From assembly GCF_009914755.1 (NCBI RefSeq), contig NC_060936.1: a stretch of 64,000 nucleotides of DNA; one strand, 5' to 3'. The notes under the pieces were generated by a model that searched no databases, was not told where the DNA came from, and saw nothing but the letters and a program-made list of their open reading frames with translations. Shown piece by piece: positions 58,321 to 64,000 of this stretch (position 1 is the first letter of the stretch; the number at the start of each line of letters is the position of its first letter). Position numbers and translations under genes: made by a program. This stretch comes from the human T2T-CHM13v2.0 reference genome, Homo sapiens.

Positions 58321-61216
58321 CTTTAGTAATTAATCTCTGAACTGTTTTACTCACTGTAATATGTACCAAAATATCTATCAAGCAGAAGACTGGCTCTGGA
58401 AACAGCCTGGACTCATATCCATTTAACTTGTTATATGATCTTGAGCATATTAGCTAACCTCTCCCTATCTGTGGAATGGGGGTAATAATAGGATCTACCC
58501 TTATATATTCACTCTAAAATTTTTAGTTGCTATTATTACTGTTGATAGTTCATTTCAACCAAAAAGAAAAGGTGACATGAGCATTCACTTGATTAGAGTG
58601 TGATCTTTGGCAGAGAATTTTATTTCCAGGAATTTATCCTATGGAAGTAGAGACTCAGACAGTGATGTACAAGAATGCTCACATTAGCATTATTTATAAA
58701 AGCAAGATAAGTGCAGGGGAATAAACAAATTAAAGCTCAAAATATGATACAATGCTAAGCAGCCATTAAGAATAATGTATCATAAAAATATAGTGATGTA
58801 AGTAAATGTTATGACATCATAAAAATGAAGAAGACAGCATTCAAAATGCTATTACTATTTTGGTTTAAAAAAATAAAAGCTAGAAGAAAATAAATGAAAT
58901 TTTTATAGGTATACAAACCCTCTATTTCAAGCCATATAAATTTAGGAAGATAGAAGTGTATGGAGCAAATGAATCATGCATTGTAACAGTAATGACTTGC
59001 ATACATTTATTATTTTTCCCTGTTTAATTAGCAGTAATTGGCTTAGCCCTTTTGAACTATTGAATAATTAAATAAATATCTTTGGTAATGGAATAGAAAA
59101 TAAACTCATTTTGTTCCCTTAAAAACTACCAGTTTGAAATAAGGATTAATCACATGGATTTTTAAAAACCTCATTTGGTGCCTGTCACATATCATTGAGG
59201 GATGAGGCTGAGGAACTTGGCAGCATTTGGAACTATAAGATCATAATTCAAATTGGCCTTAATAAGACACCAAAGTGATCAATAATCATGTAAATGAAAT
59301 GCAAGGTCCTGGCTGTGTTGAAGAGTATTTGAGGCAGGTGAAGGCTCAAAAGAGGAAATGGATGAACAGTATAATATTGTAGTTAAAATGCAAACACAAT
59401 TCCAAAGTGTCACTGCCGCCATCCCAACATCTCATTTGTATCTTTTAATTTACCACCTGAAGTTTACAGTGCCAAAGTAATTGTTTTGGTAATATTCTCT
59501 AGATCAGTGCTACTTAAAGTGCTCATCTGTAAACTGGTTGTTTCCAGTTGGCAATGACATAAAGAGCTTGAGCCAGAACATAAATCAATTCACTACTTCC
59601 TTAGAGAAAGTCTTGCTATTAAAAAAAAAAAAAAAAGTCATCTGAACTCATCAGTTCTGCTTAGTGATATAGTCGCTTAGTATTCTTGTGCAAGCTCTTT
59701 ACCTTGCTGCTAACCTGCAAAAATTTAATGGTGCTGAGACCAAATTGTCACTAAGACTCAACTCAATGACACCACTACAATATCGAGAACCCTTCAAAAT
59801 CTTTGCATGGCACTGAGTCATGAAGCCAAAATCTTTATTGTGGCCTATAAGAACCTATATGGTTTGATCTCTGCCAGTCTCTCCAAACTCATCTCTCTCT
59901 CATTCTCAAAGTTCTAACCACACAGTCCTCCTGTTCCTTCAGTTATTCAATTCAGATTTAATGCTTCCCTTTCTTGGACCTTAGACACTTCTCCCATTTT
60001 GTCATATAACTTGTCCCTTCTTGTCATTTAAGTCTCAGCTCAAATCTCACACTCTCAGAGAGGGTTCTTCTGAACACCCAACCTGAACTAGGCCTCCCAG
60101 GTCATTTACTCTCCATCACCTTCCCTGCTCTATGTTTCCGTATCACATAGCACTCTCTTAAGATATCCTTTTACATGCTTCATTATTTACTGTCAACTTT
60201 CCTCCAACCCATCAGGAATTCAAGACCTAATTGCCTTATTCTTCACTATATCTTCAGCCCCCAAAACCATACTTGGTTACTACAGATAAATATTTGAATA
60301 AATTATGAATGTATGATCCAATGCAGAAATAAGTTTGGTTTTTTAGAAACTACATTATCATGTGTTAAACATTGGTAGCCTAAACCAACTTAAAGAGGCA
60401 AAACTAGAACTTTCATACGCCCCTCCTAGGTGAATATTTTGAGCTATTCTATCAGTTAGTTTCTGTAAGGTCAAACATTGTGCTTTAACAATGTTTTGGT
60501 ACCATATATGATTATTTTATTGTATTATGTGTTTATAATTTTATTTCAAAATGAACATAAATGAAAAACTGTGAAGTGTTTTTACCCATTGAAAGATGGA
60601 ACAAAGATCACAAATTCTATGACAGATCGTTAGCCTAAATGGTCATTTAATTTAAACCAAATCACTATGTGTTCAAAAATGAAGAACAAGCGAAAAGTAT
60701 ATATATTTACGAAATGTTGTAGATAATTATATTTATAAACAAAGTAAAATTCATCAGTTTATAATATTTTCTTCTTAGAATTTTTTTTCATTTAGCACAT
60801 TTAATTTTCATAGATATTTTCAATAATATAATGCATTAAAATGGAAGACCACCTATAACTGGGGTTTTATCTTATTCATGAGATCAAGATACTTTCTTCT
60901 AATAGGGTACATGTAATAGAATCATTGTCTTACTTTCACCTCCAAGCTCATTTCTGAACACTTGAGAGATACGTGGAAGCAGTTAAAAGAAAGGAGCTGA
61001 ACAATGTATAGGAAAGGATGTCATGGTTGCATACTATAGCATTCTAAAAGGTATCAATTCTATAAAATATATTTTCTCAAAGATATTTGACCCATCCAAA
61101 AACGGTAATTTGATAACCACAATTCATAAAAATACTTTGCTTTGAAATAATTTTTGAAAAAAGAAAAAATACTTCACATATAAATATTCCGATAAAAGTT
61201 TGAAATGCAAACATAC

Positions 61217-61448
61217 CTTCTTCGATAGGCTCGTATTTCTGAATGATCTCAAAAGCAATAGCTTTACTCATCTCAGCTGCATATTGTTCTTGTGTCAGAA
61301 ATTGAGCCAGATTACTTGCTAAAAGAATTTTCCGGTTTTCAGAATATGTGTTGAAAATCTCAATAATTTCTTCTCTGTGCGTGATAATTCGATAAATTGC
61401 TCTAAATTCTTCTATGGTGATTCTTCCTTGTTTCAGCCTGTCATTGTC
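61217..61448 (-). CDS. PLCZ1: PLCZ1 exon 4 (232 nt), EF-hand region, DNDRLKQGRI...QKYEPIEE
   Basis: Acceptor TTTTTTTAGTAG|GAC, donor GAAG|GTATGT; phase 0 to 1; overlaps ORF 61077..61271. Confidence 0.95.
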
Positions 61449-64000
61449 CTACTAAAAAAATGACTGGTGGGCTCACATTGTGAGTATAAAAAATACATAA
61501 AATGAATATTAGAGTATTTATGTAACATGTAGTAATTTATACTTGAAAGAAGATGAAAATTACATTGGATTCTTATTGAAGATAAAATATACAAAGCTGC
61601 ATGGAGTGACGTCAAAATTGGAAAAGGGTTAGTTAACTCTTGAAACCCAGTGGTTATAGGGATAAAGAAAGGAATGTGGGAGAAAATGAGGATTCCAGGT
61701 TGTCTTTCAATTTCACATTTCATTTTTGTATTCCACTTTACTTCAATATCTTCTTAAAACCATACCAGGCAGTGTGTAATCTCATGCCACTGGTGTGCAG
61801 CCTGGACCATATATGTCAGAGTGAGTCAGACACATTCAAGATCAATGTAAACTGCAGAAGCTGTAGTAGTTATGCAATACCTTGAGGAAGTGGAGTCTGA
61901 GTAATCATTGAAGGATTTGGGGCAGGTACAAACAAGATGAGTTCCAATAAGAAAGAGTGGATTCGAAAGGTCATATTTGAACTTTACGAGAAAAGGCAAG
62001 TTGTTAAAAGTACCAGGATGATTGGGAGTTTCTGAATAGGAAAATCAATACCAAAAATAGAAGATTGGTTTGATTAGTTGTGCATTTCCAATTGGAAGAG
62101 TTAGAGAACTGCAGGTAAGAGCAGATAAGATGAAATTCAAGTGGGAGGTGGTGAATAGACACTAAAGAACAGACCTCGGTGAAATGACGAAGGAAGAATT
62201 CAGAAGAATTCGACACAATGAAATTTTAGACAAATGAGAGAGATAACTCAAGAATGACTGGGGTCAGGGAGAGTTAGAAAAACTGGTAGAACTATAGTAT
62301 CACTAACAAATAAAAAAACTGGGAAATAGGAATTTCAGCTAAGAGGGAGATTTAATTTTTTAAAAAATGCTTTTTTATAACATCTTAACTCTCTTGTTAC
62401 ATTGTAAACAGCTTGAATGCAAGAAGCATGTGTTGAAGGGGCATTGTGTCATGGTGGGATCTGTGGTTGTCAAATCAGATGCGGGGTCTCCAGAGCTGAT
62501 TAAACAATGATAGCACCTTAAAATTATATAATCTTAAAGTAATTCATGCGTATTGTTCATTACCTTACTTAAATAACATGCTTCAACTTACTGTTTTTAA
62601 ATTCTGGATTTTGAGGTCTGTGGAAGCGGATGTTATAGAATTAATTTCATTTTAGCCTTATCTCACTTCTTATTTGTCATAAAATCTTAAGCAAGTCAAT
62701 AAAAATTTAAAATGTGCCCGTAATCCCTGAAAATTTTGGTTATAGAAAATTATGTAAATAAAAAATTATGGTTCTACTGAATAGCAGCATAAAATAAAAT
62801 ATACATTATTCACTGAATAATGACAGTTTTATTACTTTCAAACAGAGTATAAGCTTGGTCATCCGAAATGTTCTCTGATAATTTGTTTTGTCTCGTGTTC
62901 TTCTAAAAGGTCAAAGTTGCCATCTTGTACTAAAAAGAATTGGAGATATAAGTCCAAACAAAATTCCACAAATCCAAAGAATCACTACAGTTGATCAAAA
63001 TCAAAGAAGAATTCAAAGTCAAATGTTAATCAAATTACAGAAAAATGAAAACCACACAGAATAGTGAGAGTTGTATCACTGAAGAGGGGAAGATCTAATT
63101 TTAGTAGAAAGAGAATGGAAAAGGAAAGCAACAAGGAGCAAGTGACAATGGGGAAGAAAAGCAGGACATGGTAGCATCATGATCAAGGGAAGCGGGGAGA
63201 AGAAAAGCAATAAGAAAGAAGGTGCAATTTGAGTGCTGAGGCACGTGACAGCAGCTCAGACTGCCAACGTGCTAGACTCCTCTGTAAGAGAAAACTGAAG
63301 CACAAAAATCTTAGGTAAATTGTCCCCAGCCACACAGGTAGACCAGGATTTTTAACTAACTCTAAGACCACCCAGAGGAGCAGCTGGAAGAAAAAAAGTC
63401 AGTATACCATTACACAGATTAACAGTATATATGCAGAAATCAATTCTGTAAATTGCAAATCTGACCATCTCAACTCCCTCTTAAAGTTCTCACTGTACCT
63501 CCTTTGTCTTCAAGACAAAACCCCAACTGTATTGTGTAGCATCCAAGGCCATCTAAAATGTCATGGATGATTTCTGCTCTTATCTTTTTCCTCCTTCCAC
63601 CTCACACTTCAGGTGCTCTGAATTAGTTGCAGTACAGGTACCAAACCATCTCTTGCTATGGTACCTATGTTTCTCGTTGTTGTTTTTTGTTTGTTTGTTT
63701 TTCTTTCCAGAATATCCTTCTTTCTGTTTAAATTACCAATTTCTACTAATCCTTGAAAAAGTGTCACCCACTCTAGAAATCTTCCTCTGTATCTCCTCCC
63801 CAGGTTGCATTAAAATATCCCTTCTCTGGGTTCTTAGAAGACTCCACTTTCTTCTCTTACAGGCCTTATTAGATTGGAATGACAGCCTTTTTCTATATTC
63901 ATTCTAGAATTGCCTCAGACAGCAAGTTTGTCATTTGTTTCTTGTATCCTCAGGACTCAAAAAAGTGCCTGACTGAAGATATTCAGAGTGTGGCCTACCA

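Overview
Primate, almost certainly human, AT-rich genomic DNA. The window holds the 3' part of PLCZ1 (sperm phospholipase C zeta, the oocyte-activating factor) on the minus strand. I traced 12 coding exons by hand (conventionally exons 4-15; 61448 down to the TAA at 21132). All have GT-AG boundaries and consistent phases, and total 1692 nt = 563 aa plus stop, which fits residues 46-608 of the human protein as I recall it. The first exons lie beyond the right edge. Intron 12 carries an antisense processed pseudogene of PSMC1 with a 13-bp target-site duplication (TSD). The rest is interspersed repeats (L1, Alu, L2, MaLR/ERV LTRs, MER DNA transposons) and microsatellites; subfamily names were assigned by eye. 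No prokaryote-type systems are present. The most interesting signals concern PLCZ1 splicing. (1) The 114-nt intron 8 is stop-free and in frame (exitron-like) and encodes a 38-aa acidic insert with a (GAG)12 repeat next to the basic X-Y linker cluster. (2) A TAGTAG tandem acceptor at exon 4 gives an in-frame stop if the first AG is used. (3) Intron 5 has a candidate 89-nt poison exon. (4) Inverted Alus bracket exons 7-9, which if circularised would form a stop-free frame. None of these RNA-level events can be confirmed from DNA alone.
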